Source: a virus. Taken from it: a DNA stretch of 64,000 nucleotides. Each line of letters opens with the position of its first letter. The stretch's first letter is position 1. Made by a program: the position numbers and the translations under genes. The stretch lies in the IMG/VR virus record IMGVR_UViG_3300035698_021020, positions 8,391 through 72,390 of that record, one strand, 5' to 3'. The notes under the pieces were generated by a model. The model did not search any database, was not told the origin of the DNA, and saw nothing but the letters and a program-made list of their open reading frames with translations. Shown piece by piece: positions 30,675 through 40,347 of this stretch.

Positions 30675-31364
30675 ATGCTAATATTAAAGTCAAAATTAAT
30701 TTTCTTAGAAAATCCAAAATGTGGATCTAGTACATTACGTCATTACTTTAAACAAATTCCAGACAGTGATAGGATTTTTAAGTCTATGGAAAAAATAAAT
30801 GAGTGTTCTGGTATTCATGATCCAAATTATATTCACTGTACATTAAAAGCAGCAATTATTAAACTTAGGGAGCTTGCTCTTGATCCAGATGAATTTACAT
30901 TTATTTGTGCTATTCGTGAACCATATACCAGAGTAAAATCTGCTTTGAATTATCATAGAGTCCTAGTTAATCGAAGAATGCAGACTGATGAATTCATAAA
31001 AACTAGAATAGTTACAACTATTGCAAAGGACTATAGATTTTTTGAAAAATATAAGATTCATCATTTGATTAAATGTGAGACAATTAATAGTGACCTTGCC
31101 GAATTGAATATACAATATAAATTAGGTTTAACTATTAATTTATCTACTAAAATTAACTCAAAGGGATTTGCTAAGCCTATTCAATTAGCCAATGAACATA
31201 TTGCAATGATAAACCACGCCTATCATGAAGATTTCATAGATGGCGACTATAAAAAAATAATTCCAGATGACTTACCTAGAAAAGTTAAAAGCCGAATTAG
31301 TAATGTCAACATATTTAGATGGATGGCAACTCCTTTGGATAAAAAACAAGATAAAGGAACTTGA
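30675..31364 (+). CDS. sulfotransferase (Sulfotransfer_2-like) 2
   Basis: PKCGSSTL, REPYTRVKS, HEDFIDGDY; paralog of the preceding gene. Confidence 0.8.
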   Translation: MLILKSKLIFLENPKCGSSTLRHYFKQIPDSDRIFKSMEKINECSGIHDPNYIHCTLKAAIIKLRELALDPDEFTFICAIREPYTRVKSALNYHRVLVNRRMQTDEFIKTRIVTTIAKDYRFFEKYKIHHLIKCETINSDLAELNIQYKLGLTINLSTKINSKGFAKPIQLANEHIAMINHAYHEDFIDGDYKKIIPDDLPRKVKSRISNVNIFRWMATPLDKKQDKGT

Positions 31365-31666
31365 AACCAAAAATAACTCTTAAGAATATCTCTAATTTTT
31401 TAGAGGGCAATCTAAAAATGCTTGGTGATAACTTTGGACTTCTTCCGGCTTATCAAAAGGAACAAGTATTATATCGAGGAAATATTTGTAAAGCTGATTG
31501 TGTTAAGAATGGTTTTTGCAAAGAGTGCGGCTGTGATCTTCCAGGTAAATTTTATTCTACTGCATCTTGTAATAATGGAGAACGGTTTCCAGACATTATG
31601 AATGAAGCCGATTGGGAAGAATTCAAGACTGAAAATAAGATTAAGATAAATGATATACTACATTGA
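31361..31666 (+). CDS. small Cys-rich putative zinc-binding protein
   Basis: C..C..C..CGC...C pattern; TTG start. Confidence 0.55.
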   Translation: MKPKITLKNISNFLEGNLKMLGDNFGLLPAYQKEQVLYRGNICKADCVKNGFCKECGCDLPGKFYSTASCNNGERFPDIMNEADWEEFKTENKIKINDILH

Positions 31667-31955
31667 TATTGATGATACTATTTGCAAGTTAGAAGCACCA
31701 ATGGATTATGCCTCGGCTAAACCTATTAAAAAGGCCGTGGATAAAGTTAATAAATTATATGCAGACGGTCATATTGTTGTTTTTTGGACTGCTCGTGGAA
31801 CTGTGTCTGGTAAAAACTTCAGAGAATTAACCGAACACCAATTGAAACTCTGGAAAGTTAATCATCATGAATTGAAGATGGGTAAACCAGCATATGATAT
31901 ATTTATTGATGATAAGAATATGAACAGTATAGATTGGCTAAATGAAAAAGACTAA
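31650..31955 (+). CDS. HAD-family phosphatase (capsule-biosynthesis type)
   Basis: DIDDT, TARG, GKP, IDDK. Confidence 0.85.
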   Translation: MIYYIDIDDTICKLEAPMDYASAKPIKKAVDKVNKLYADGHIVVFWTARGTVSGKNFRELTEHQLKLWKVNHHELKMGKPAYDIFIDDKNMNSIDWLNEKD

Positions 31956-32550
31956 AGTTCTCATATTAGGTAATGACCCACAAATAAATGATATTGATTT
32001 CGATCGACTTGATCCATCTATAATTACGCTTGGTGTTAATAGAATTTGGCTCAAATACATACCGAATTATTTCTTCTTCCATGATTGGGATATTGTTCAT
32101 GAACTAAATCAGAATCCAGAGACGCTGGCTAAGCTTCGCGAGAATTCCACTATTTTCTCAAGCGATTGGTATAGATTCAACAAAAAACCAATACCAGCAT
32201 GGTTAAGATTATTGGATCGGCCACGTAGTAAAAAGAGTAATTTCCCAGATTCAGTAACTACGTCTATGTGGTTATTTAAGAATCACTATGCTGAGCATTT
32301 AGAGTGTACGTATTACATTGCTGGAGTCTCATTGAAGTGGCAAGAACCTAGTCATTTTTGGAAGACTATTCCAAATTATCAAACCAAGAATAAATTCAAT
32401 AGCGTTTGGTATAATCCTAGATTCGCAAAAACCTTACAGAATTTTAAAGCATTAGATGGAGCAAGATATCGAATGATATCAGTTAATTCTAATTCTAATC
32501 TTAATAAGATGATGAGGCACGAAAGTATTGATACTCTCTACTTAAAGTGA
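31942..32550 (+). CDS. Maf/CstII-like glycosyltransferase 3
   Basis: KVLILGNDPQINDIDFDRL...LGVNRIW..PNYFFFHD...YIAGVSL..HFW. Confidence 0.65.
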   Translation: MKKTKVLILGNDPQINDIDFDRLDPSIITLGVNRIWLKYIPNYFFFHDWDIVHELNQNPETLAKLRENSTIFSSDWYRFNKKPIPAWLRLLDRPRSKKSNFPDSVTTSMWLFKNHYAEHLECTYYIAGVSLKWQEPSHFWKTIPNYQTKNKFNSVWYNPRFAKTLQNFKALDGARYRMISVNSNSNLNKMMRHESIDTLYLK

Positions 32551-33336
32551 GACTTTTACTGACTTAGAAAGAGTAGCTTCTTTAAATGCTTTTACTGCAC
32601 TTGATAAAGCTCCTGGAGTAGTTGGCGTCTTAGCATCAATTGCTTGAGCCATGACTTCTAATAATAAGAATAACATATCTCCTAATACTGCTGGTCCAGT
32701 TACTGGATTATGCCCAACTTTTACAAAATTTCCATTTATCCAAATATCATTTGATGATGCTTCTATTTCACTACCTGAAGTCATCTCAATTCTAGAATTA
32801 GAATTCATTGTGATATTACCGCCTCTAAATTCTAAGATCGACTGAGTTTCAGCATGTTCAACTGTGATTGCTTTATCTCTAGCTATGTTTATACGAGATC
32901 CTTTAAGCTCAATAGTTATTCCTTTACTTAACGAGAACCATACTTTTAGATCTTCATCTCCATCAAATAAGATAATATGTGAACCTAAATATTCTCCATC
33001 CTTATTCAATTCTTCTTTAGCATCATCTGCTAATTCATGGATTGAATGGTATTCTGGAGAATATGGATTTCCACCATCAAATTTAACAACAACCACTGCT
33101 CCTTTCTTTGGAACTGATAATGATCCTGCCTTTCCTTCTTTTCCGAAGAATGCACTCTTTTGTTTTGGGTATGCCCAAGGTAAATCATTAGTGTCTTCGA
33201 TATCATCGTGTAAACTAATGACTCTGACTCTAGCTCTTCCTTCTTTTCTTGGATCATTAGGATCCTCAATAATTCCTAAGAATTGTTTATCTAAAAGGTC
33301 TTGCTTTCGTATGTTAATATCGTGATTATGATCCAT
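32542..33336 (-). CDS. gp5: baseplate hub/spike protein (gp5 OB-fold), no lysozyme domain
   Basis: GIIEDPNDPRKEGRARVRV..LH..LPWA...VP..G..V.V.F..G; beta-helix-like C-terminus. Confidence 0.8.
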   Translation of the reverse strand: MDHNHDINIRKQDLLDKQFLGIIEDPNDPRKEGRARVRVISLHDDIEDTNDLPWAYPKQKSAFFGKEGKAGSLSVPKKGAVVVVKFDGGNPYSPEYHSIHELADDAKEELNKDGEYLGSHIILFDGDEDLKVWFSLSKGITIELKGSRINIARDKAITVEHAETQSILEFRGGNITMNSNSRIEMTSGSEIEASSNDIWINGNFVKVGHNPVTGPAVLGDMLFLLLEVMAQAIDAKTPTTPGALSSAVKAFKEATLSKSVKVSL

Positions 33337-33342
33337 TTAATT

Positions 33343-33369
33343 CTTATACAATTTCTCTTAATACAGTTT
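33343..33369 (-). promoter_or_regulatory. putative promoter AAAC-N16-GTATAAG
   Basis: Recurrent motif ending 6 nt before the ATG at 33336. Confidence 0.55.
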
Positions 33370-34410
33370 TCCTAAATCTGTTACTGGTGGTTCTAAAAAT
33401 GCACTTGCTGCACCTAATGCTGGATTTACGAAACTTCCAATTGAACCGAGCGCATTCATAACTTGTCCACCTGCATTTGCTATATCATCTCCAATAACTG
33501 GTAATCCAGATAGGAAAGATGCAGCATTTGTTGCAAGTGCTCCAATGTTTCTAGCGCCACTCCATGGGTTATTAATTGAAGATTTCAATAAATTGTCATA
33601 TAGCTTTGTTCCATCTGCATATTTACTTTCTTCTTCAAAATATCCAACATTTATCTTAAATAGATTAGTCTCTTGATCTTTAACTGTGTCTACACTTATA
33701 TCACGACCACCTGCAAATGTTTCTGAAAAATCAAAGGTACATTGTCGACATTTGAATTTCACATATCCATAACTTTGAAGGACGTTAGATAGGATGTTTC
33801 CACCTCCAACGATGTTTCCTAAATCTGCTGTATTTACTCCTAACGCGTTTGCTGCTTGTTGCGTTACTCCAGGAAGTCTGAATCTCATATTTCTAGCTTC
33901 AGCCACATATATATCCATTGAGAACCATTGTAAATTGTCTGGAACACGTTCTCTCATGAATTGCTTGTCATAAACTGCATTTCGATATAAATCAGCCAGT
34001 CTGTTTATTCTAAGATCAACCGCTTCAAGAGTTTCTATCTCAATAACTGCTTCCATTCCTTTTTGTGCAGCTTCTATATTTGTTCCCTTTTGCCATAGAT
34101 CTCGTAATCCAGTTATACTTTGGAAATACCATGGTGCATTAAACGTCAAATAACTAAGAGTCTCTTTGAATACTTTTAGGTTATTTGCTTTGTCTGCGTA
34201 TTGTCGATTTATCAAGAAATTAATGGCGCTATCTTTGCTTTCTCCAAACAATGGAGATTGCCATAAATGGTTATCGACAAGTGAGGTTGGTATACCTTCA
34301 AAATTAAAGTCAATAGCGAAAGTTAGGAACGTAGGCTCATCATATGGATCTGTGAAAAAACCCTTTCTAAAATTATTAGTTTTATTTTTTATTCCTATAA
34401 AATTATGCAT
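33358..34410 (-). CDS. putative tail tube initiator / baseplate protein
   Basis: Position in the baseplate operon; tube-like pattern (FQSITGL, IEIETLEAVDLRI). Confidence 0.5.
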   Translation of the reverse strand: MHNFIGIKNKTNNFRKGFFTDPYDEPTFLTFAIDFNFEGIPTSLVDNHLWQSPLFGESKDSAINFLINRQYADKANNLKVFKETLSYLTFNAPWYFQSITGLRDLWQKGTNIEAAQKGMEAVIEIETLEAVDLRINRLADLYRNAVYDKQFMRERVPDNLQWFSMDIYVAEARNMRFRLPGVTQQAANALGVNTADLGNIVGGGNILSNVLQSYGYVKFKCRQCTFDFSETFAGGRDISVDTVKDQETNLFKINVGYFEEESKYADGTKLYDNLLKSSINNPWSGARNIGALATNAASFLSGLPVIGDDIANAGGQVMNALGSIGSFVNPALGAASAFLEPPVTDLGKLY

Positions 34411-34411
34411 C

Positions 34412-35932
34412 TCATTCTGTTATTTTTGATGGCTTCCATTCTCTCCTTGACAGAAATAATTCAGTCTTTAATGGACTAGCACTAAGTACATCATAATGAT
34501 ATTTGGTTCCACTTAGGAAATAAAATCCAGTAAGTTGCTCATCAGATACTTCTTTAGCTAAATCAATATCAGGTATTTGTTCAACATCTTTGTCAGGTTT
34601 ATTTAATCCAGTAGATGTCTTGAATAATTTTTGTGCTTGATGCATCGTTACATATATAGGAACGGCAAATCCTCTAGATACTTGAAAATTGATATTCTTA
34701 TTTACTGCACGCAATTTTAGCTTATCTAATTCTTGGATATTATGTCTATTTAATAATCTGGCTGCATTCCATTCTGGGTGAGTATTTCCATAATCTATGC
34801 ACATCCATTTAGTCGATGTATTAGTAATTAGTGCTTCTTCATCAGGTATCAAGAAGTTATCATTATCTCTATCTTCAGATTTTAATGGTTCAATAAAGAA
34901 ATTAGTAAACTTCTTAGCTGGTTCACTATCATTTTTTAAATGATCATAATAATATACCTCTTTTTTATATCCTTGATTTCGAATTATTCTTCCATGATCA
35001 GAAGCTAATGCTAATTCATATATGAAATTAGAATCTGATTTTCTTTGCATCTCAGTCGTCAGATAATTGTAAATTACAGTATCTTCGATAGTTTCACGAA
35101 TTGCACCAGTTTGTTCAACTGCAGCTTGGCTTAAATCTTTCATTAAAGAATTAGAAGATGTGACGAAAGTATCTTGCATTTCTTCTATTTTCAATTGAGA
35201 ATTTACCTCTATGAAATTCAGATAGTAATACTTATCTATAAATGCAATAAAGAATGAATCATCATTTTGATATGCATGGTCTGCAATCTCTTGCATTAAT
35301 TCACAATAACTCAAGTTAGCATTTACCCAAGTCATCTTATCATTAGTTGTATATTCATTCTCAGCAAAACCTAGACCAAGTTCATCACATATCTTTATTA
35401 GGGCACGCTTTGAGGTCATATTAGCATAGCTCACTGCAGTCAAATCATAAAGATGTGGTATATACAGTTCTCCTTTTACCATGTACGTGGTGCTAGATCC
35501 TGCAGCAGAATCAGTTCCATTATATGATCTCGGCATTGCCTTCATACTTGTTATAATAAAGTCACAACGAATAGGCTTAAATTTTTCACTTCCAGATTTT
35601 AAATAGACATTCATGATTAAATTAGTCTTAGGGTAATAATCACCAGCGAATTCGCCTAATTCATCAATAAATATCATACTTATCTTAGGAAGAAACCCAG
35701 TCTCGTCAATAGTTAATGTTTCTATTTTAGAAAGAGGTTGTCCACTTATTTTAACGTATGGCTTATTAGCACCAGTTTTCTGACCAGTACTTGGCTTATC
35801 TTTATTGTCTACTCTAGAAGTATTACTATTGCCATCATTATTTGAACCAGCTTTAGAAGTATCAAGTTCAGTTAATGACTTTAGAGGTATTTTAGGAAGT
35901 AATGTTCCTTTTATTGCTTGATTAAATGACAT
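34412..35932 (-). CDS. putative baseplate hub protein (gp27-like)
   Basis: 506 aa in the baseplate operon; FIDKYYYLNF and GFYFLSG..Y hub-like segments. Confidence 0.5.
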   Translation of the reverse strand: MSFNQAIKGTLLPKIPLKSLTELDTSKAGSNNDGNSNTSRVDNKDKPSTGQKTGANKPYVKISGQPLSKIETLTIDETGFLPKISMIFIDELGEFAGDYYPKTNLIMNVYLKSGSEKFKPIRCDFIITSMKAMPRSYNGTDSAAGSSTTYMVKGELYIPHLYDLTAVSYANMTSKRALIKICDELGLGFAENEYTTNDKMTWVNANLSYCELMQEIADHAYQNDDSFFIAFIDKYYYLNFIEVNSQLKIEEMQDTFVTSSNSLMKDLSQAAVEQTGAIRETIEDTVIYNYLTTEMQRKSDSNFIYELALASDHGRIIRNQGYKKEVYYYDHLKNDSEPAKKFTNFFIEPLKSEDRDNDNFLIPDEEALITNTSTKWMCIDYGNTHPEWNAARLLNRHNIQELDKLKLRAVNKNINFQVSRGFAVPIYVTMHQAQKLFKTSTGLNKPDKDVEQIPDIDLAKEVSDEQLTGFYFLSGTKYHYDVLSASPLKTELFLSRREWKPSKITE

Positions 35933-36519
35933 TAAAATAAATTAGCTTTAGTCAATTGTTGAATAAGTCTAGCTCTAGATATTGGAACTGGACAATTATC
36001 TTTATTAATGGATGTAACATCTTCGCCAAATATAACCTTTCCATCTCTTACTTTTACATTCTTGTTTCCAGAAGTATTAACATTCGGTGGAACTACTTCA
36101 GATACTTTGGCTTTAATTGCGTCAAGGCGTTTTTTATCTTTTACGTTCTTTGGCTTAAGAAGTTTATCTCCATTACTTTGAGTTGTTCCTCTTCCTTTTT
36201 CTACAATTATCTTTGCTGGTCTAATTAATGAATCTAACTTACTAATAATTGGAGTTATTAGGAATTCTCCAGGCATAAGCGAAAATGGATTTGATATTCC
36301 ATTATATTTCAATAGCACATCCCAATACTTATGATCAGCGTAAATTCTGTCACTAGTTAAATCAGGACGGCCAGCTTCATCTTCAGAAACCATCGTAAAT
36401 CCTCCAGCAGTTTGGCCTGAACCTAAGAAACTAAATGTCGCACTAATTAAGTCAACAATAGTTTCTCCGTTTGCTTTTGTGAAAAGTCTTTTACTTCTTA
36501 ATAATTTCGATAGTAACAT
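35932..36519 (-). CDS. baseplate wedge LysM-like protein (gp53-like)
   Basis: GRPDL.S..Y....W.VLLKYNGISNPF. Confidence 0.7.
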   Translation of the reverse strand: MLLSKLLRSKRLFTKANGETIVDLISATFSFLGSGQTAGGFTMVSEDEAGRPDLTSDRIYADHKYWDVLLKYNGISNPFSLMPGEFLITPIISKLDSLIRPAKIIVEKGRGTTQSNGDKLLKPKNVKDKKRLDAIKAKVSEVVPPNVNTSGNKNVKVRDGKVIFGEDVTSINKDNCPVPISRARLIQQLTKANLF

Positions 36520-38411
36520 TATTCTTTAGTTTTTAAGTCTTTGAAATATCCAACTAGTACTGGTGATTGAGCAAAAGATTCACCATATGCACTTCTTATT
36601 CTAGGTCTCCAAGCGTCTGCCATTTGTTCAGCTGGAGGCAAACCGCTCGAAGTATTTGCATTTTCTGGTGTTCCAGGATTATTAACTGTTGTTACATTTT
36701 GAGTAGCATCAACTGATCCTCCTGCTCCTCTAGAATCAGCAGTTTCACTGATTACTTTATCTTTATCTCCTTGTGATTGATATGCACTAGACGGAGGAGG
36801 CAATGGTGAGAAATACATTTTACCGCCACCTAAGTTGAATATTGATTCTATATCTTGTTTTGCTCTAGGTCTTCCATGTTTCAAATTTACTGTGAACGTG
36901 ACTTCAGTCGGTACATCATCTAGTCCAAGTTCTTCATTGAATGTAATAGTTGTGTTATACACAAGAAGATTTCCTATTGTTGCAAATGGATTCATTGGGT
37001 TGCCCACAGTTAAGTGCCATTCACCTACTGCTCTACCATCTAAAAATGATCTCATCGTTAGTGGTACTTGCATTAAGTTTTGTACCCAAGAACCGGCTAG
37101 ATTCTGAGCTCCGCCATTATTTCTTAGTGACTCTGTAATAGCACCTTCATCTTTATTATTAATTCCAGTTCCAATATCGTCAATTAACTTCTTAGTGTCT
37201 TCAAGTTGATTTTTTATAGTTGCTGCAATATATGCAATTACTTCTTTTATTCCTCCAATATAATCTCCTTTTTCAAATAATGTAGTTGGTAATCCAGGTA
37301 GAATATATCCAGTCTTTTGGAAATATCGAGTAGATCCGCCCCAAAATTCTGCAGAATTATGTGTTAAGGCTAGGAAGTTAGATATTAGGTCCAACATAGC
37401 CACCTTTGGATTAACATTACCCCAACTTCTGAGCTTATATGTGAACTTTAATGCAATATCATTAGTGAAATCAAATCCTCGATCTCTAATAGTAGTTTCA
37501 TGAATAACATTAACAGGACCAAGTACTCTATTCCAATATGGTCCAGTATCTCCATATGATTCTTTTACCCAGGTCTGCATCTTCTCATCATATCCAGTAG
37601 CTTCATATGGATTATTTGGATTATCAAAAACAGTTGCTAGTAATATATTTCTAACTGTTTCATTCTCAGCTTGAGTAATACCTACTGCATCAAGTAATGC
37701 TCCAGCATCTACTTCATTTCCTTGTACATCCTTAACATCAGCTGTTTTCTTAGCCCATTTGAATCCATAATTTATTCCTAAGACTTCACCAATTTTATTT
37801 CCAGATTCTCCGCCCCACCAGGTAACGGCTTGAGCTAATGGAATAAGAGGCATCTCTTTATCTGCTTGTTGTAGGTTATCATCCACTGGAATAGGATACC
37901 TACGCAAAGTGAGTAATCGGTTATTTGGAATCTTTCCATAATACTTACACCATAAGAAATCGTTTAATTGATATGGTGTTGGTCCTAAGATAGTTCCACT
38001 AATATTATCACCTGCTCCATTTTTGGCCCAACGAATAATTTCAGTAGCAGTTGGATTTTCTACAATATGCTTATAATCTGAACTTTGTACGCTAGGTCCT
38101 CTATTAGTTCCTGGTGCTATTTCACTAAGATCTCTGTGATTCTCTGGATAATATTGTTTTCCATCAGTTGATCCATATTTAGCATATCTAAACATGTATA
38201 ATGGATTAAACATAGATGGAGTAGCAATTAAAGGAATTGCATTTGCGCCTAATGCTCCTTCTACTGCATCTCCAGTAGCAGCATAGGCACTATCTACTTG
38301 TTGAAACGTCGAATCATCAACATTCTGGAGTATATTCGTAGTCGCAGAAGGAGTATCTACTACTTGTCCTATTGTGTTTTGCGCTGCGATTATATTTGGA
38401 TTTCCAGCCAT
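36519..38411 (-). CDS. putative baseplate/tail structural protein
   Basis: ~630 aa, first gene of a late-promoter (38428-38435) baseplate operon; C-terminal DDVPTEVTFTVNL tube-like motif. Confidence 0.55.
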   Translation of the reverse strand: MAGNPNIIAAQNTIGQVVDTPSATTNILQNVDDSTFQQVDSAYAATGDAVEGALGANAIPLIATPSMFNPLYMFRYAKYGSTDGKQYYPENHRDLSEIAPGTNRGPSVQSSDYKHIVENPTATEIIRWAKNGAGDNISGTILGPTPYQLNDFLWCKYYGKIPNNRLLTLRRYPIPVDDNLQQADKEMPLIPLAQAVTWWGGESGNKIGEVLGINYGFKWAKKTADVKDVQGNEVDAGALLDAVGITQAENETVRNILLATVFDNPNNPYEATGYDEKMQTWVKESYGDTGPYWNRVLGPVNVIHETTIRDRGFDFTNDIALKFTYKLRSWGNVNPKVAMLDLISNFLALTHNSAEFWGGSTRYFQKTGYILPGLPTTLFEKGDYIGGIKEVIAYIAATIKNQLEDTKKLIDDIGTGINNKDEGAITESLRNNGGAQNLAGSWVQNLMQVPLTMRSFLDGRAVGEWHLTVGNPMNPFATIGNLLVYNTTITFNEELGLDDVPTEVTFTVNLKHGRPRAKQDIESIFNLGGGKMYFSPLPPPSSAYQSQGDKDKVISETADSRGAGGSVDATQNVTTVNNPGTPENANTSSGLPPAEQMADAWRPRIRSAYGESFAQSPVLVGYFKDLKTKE

Positions 38412-38457
38412 CAAGTATGCTTTTTATTATTTATCGAAAAGGAGAAATAATAGCCGA

Positions 38458-40065
38458 TTAAGATCTCTTGCTCTTAGAACTTATAAAATCATCAAAAGTA
38501 ACAATTACTCTTTTCTTCTTCTTTACAGCTTTCTTCTTCTTTCCAGGACCAGCTTGTGACATTTTATCCATATCAGATACAATTGCATCTGGGGTTTGTA
38601 ACAATTGTCCTGGAGCAGAACCGCTGTCTGGATTCATTACAGTCTCACCACCACCTCCGTTTCCCATTGGAGTCATTTGCTCTTTGACTTCTTCTTTAGG
38701 AGTCATTGCTTTTTCAATTGATCTACCGGTTTGTTTTCCACCAATGATGGATCCAGTTCCTTTAGCTAATTGAGTTATTCCACTCCAAACAGCTAAGTTT
38801 CTTTTTCTAGCTTTTTGAGCAAAGGCTTCATCTCCTCTATCTGGTTGACTTCCGACTAATCCTTTAAGTATGCTTCCTACTCCAGATAAAAGATTACGCA
38901 ATGGGCTCTCTTTTATTCGATCTTTTTCTGAAACAGCTAATTTGACTGCAGTATATAATGGAAGTACTATTTCTGGTGATAATTGAATACCTCCGAAGTT
39001 TCCAAGGTTAAAATCTCGTGAAAGATAATAATTCTTGATCTCTTTATTCTTCTCAGTAACAGTATCTTCTAGCCTAGTTACGTAATTTTGTTCTGAACGT
39101 ACGTCCAATTCACCATCTTTAGTGCTTTTTATGTAACTTAGCATCCAAGAACGCGATGAATTAAGATAAACCAACTGATCTTCTTCTTCTGAGCTTTCTG
39201 AGACTCTTGCAGTTCGACTAAAGTCGATATATTTAGCTTTTGTGTTACCAAATACGTATTTTTGCAATGCTAAGTCCATCCAAGGCGTATTTCTGCGTTC
39301 TAGGGCCTTAAATAGCTTAAAATAATCACCAGGAACTTCAATTTTACGATTTGCTAATGCTGGGAGTTGAGAAATACTTATTGCACGTATTAATCTTGCA
39401 ATAATACGCTTTTTACGCTTAATTGTAAGATTCTTGTCTATTGGGATTTTTCTTTCCTTAGTTTCAAGACTTTTTGACAAAGCTTGAGTCATTAATCCAA
39501 TCATAGTCAGCATATCTCTATGTAGATCTATTTTCTCTTGACTATCCGGCTTCTCAGGTATCTCCTGAATACTCTTGTCCTCTAATGTTATGATATTATT
39601 GAATGGAGTAACTGCTCCTTCCCTGCTTATATCAATGATCTTCTGGATATGACCCTTAGCTTCTTTATACATAGTAATCGATTCAAAGACTACATGGTCT
39701 ATCTGCCCAACCAATAAATTGTGAACCTTTAATAATCGTTCAGCAGAATGACTAAGCTTATTGATTAGGCCCATGAATGTGAGCTGGTCTTTCTCTCTAT
39801 CTAAAACTGTGATTTCTTTTTCTAAACTAATTGCAATATCTTTTTCAGATGTTGCATATGTTTCTAAGAAATCGATCTTGTCTTTACTAACTACAGTATA
39901 AAATAATTCGTCTAATCCAGTATTAGTTGGATTATCGAAATATTCCAATGGAATAGAATCAAATGAAGTATTGAACCCTTGTATTGAGGCACTAACTGCA
40001 TCTTTATCTTTAATGCTTCCACCTATCTTTGAAATAATATGCTGAATGATCGACTTAAAATCCAT
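38458..40065 (-). CDS. hypothetical protein, probable virion component
   Basis: 535 aa with basic C-terminus and terminal VIVTFDDFI motif. Confidence 0.6.
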   Translation of the reverse strand: MDFKSIIQHIISKIGGSIKDKDAVSASIQGFNTSFDSIPLEYFDNPTNTGLDELFYTVVSKDKIDFLETYATSEKDIAISLEKEITVLDREKDQLTFMGLINKLSHSAERLLKVHNLLVGQIDHVVFESITMYKEAKGHIQKIIDISREGAVTPFNNIITLEDKSIQEIPEKPDSQEKIDLHRDMLTMIGLMTQALSKSLETKERKIPIDKNLTIKRKKRIIARLIRAISISQLPALANRKIEVPGDYFKLFKALERRNTPWMDLALQKYVFGNTKAKYIDFSRTARVSESSEEEDQLVYLNSSRSWMLSYIKSTKDGELDVRSEQNYVTRLEDTVTEKNKEIKNYYLSRDFNLGNFGGIQLSPEIVLPLYTAVKLAVSEKDRIKESPLRNLLSGVGSILKGLVGSQPDRGDEAFAQKARKRNLAVWSGITQLAKGTGSIIGGKQTGRSIEKAMTPKEEVKEQMTPMGNGGGGETVMNPDSGSAPGQLLQTPDAIVSDMDKMSQAGPGKKKKAVKKKKRVIVTFDDFISSKSKRS

Positions 40066-40079
40066 ATAGAAGGTTTTGT

Positions 40080-40277
40080 TTATTTATTCGTCTTGAAATC
40101 GTTATATGGTTTTACATAGAGATGCTTATTTACGTTTCTCTTCATATATGAATATACTGAAGTTTCTTCATCTTCTTCAGGGTGCTGTAATACTGCATTT
40201 TGAAGTTTAGCTTTTCCTCGTCTATAATCTCTAAAATTCTTCCAACTTGGATCTTGTTTTATTGGCTTCTTTCCCAT
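40080..40277 (-). CDS. small hypothetical protein
   Basis: 65 aa downstream of late promoter 40294-40301. Confidence 0.55.
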   Translation of the reverse strand: MGKKPIKQDPSWKNFRDYRRGKAKLQNAVLQHPEEDEETSVYSYMKRNVNKHLYVKPYNDFKTNK

Positions 40278-40292
40278 GTGTCAAGCTTTAGG

Positions 40293-40331
40293 TTATTTAT
40301 CAGAAGACTATCATATCATGCTGATAAATAA
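40293..40331. promoter_or_regulatory. back-to-back divergent late promoters
   Basis: TTATTTATCAG (40293-40303) and CTGATAAATAA (40321-40331) form a perfect 11 bp inverted repeat. Confidence 0.65.
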
Positions 40332-40347
40332 TAAAAATCATTACAAT

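Noticed and set aside
23131-32550. Glycan island as contaminating host DNA
   Set aside because: It starts at the phage-type AAAC-N16-GTATAAG promoter, looks similar in composition, overlaps the baseplate gene end and lacks bacterial export/polymerase genes (wzx, wzy, kps); read-level confirmation is still advisable
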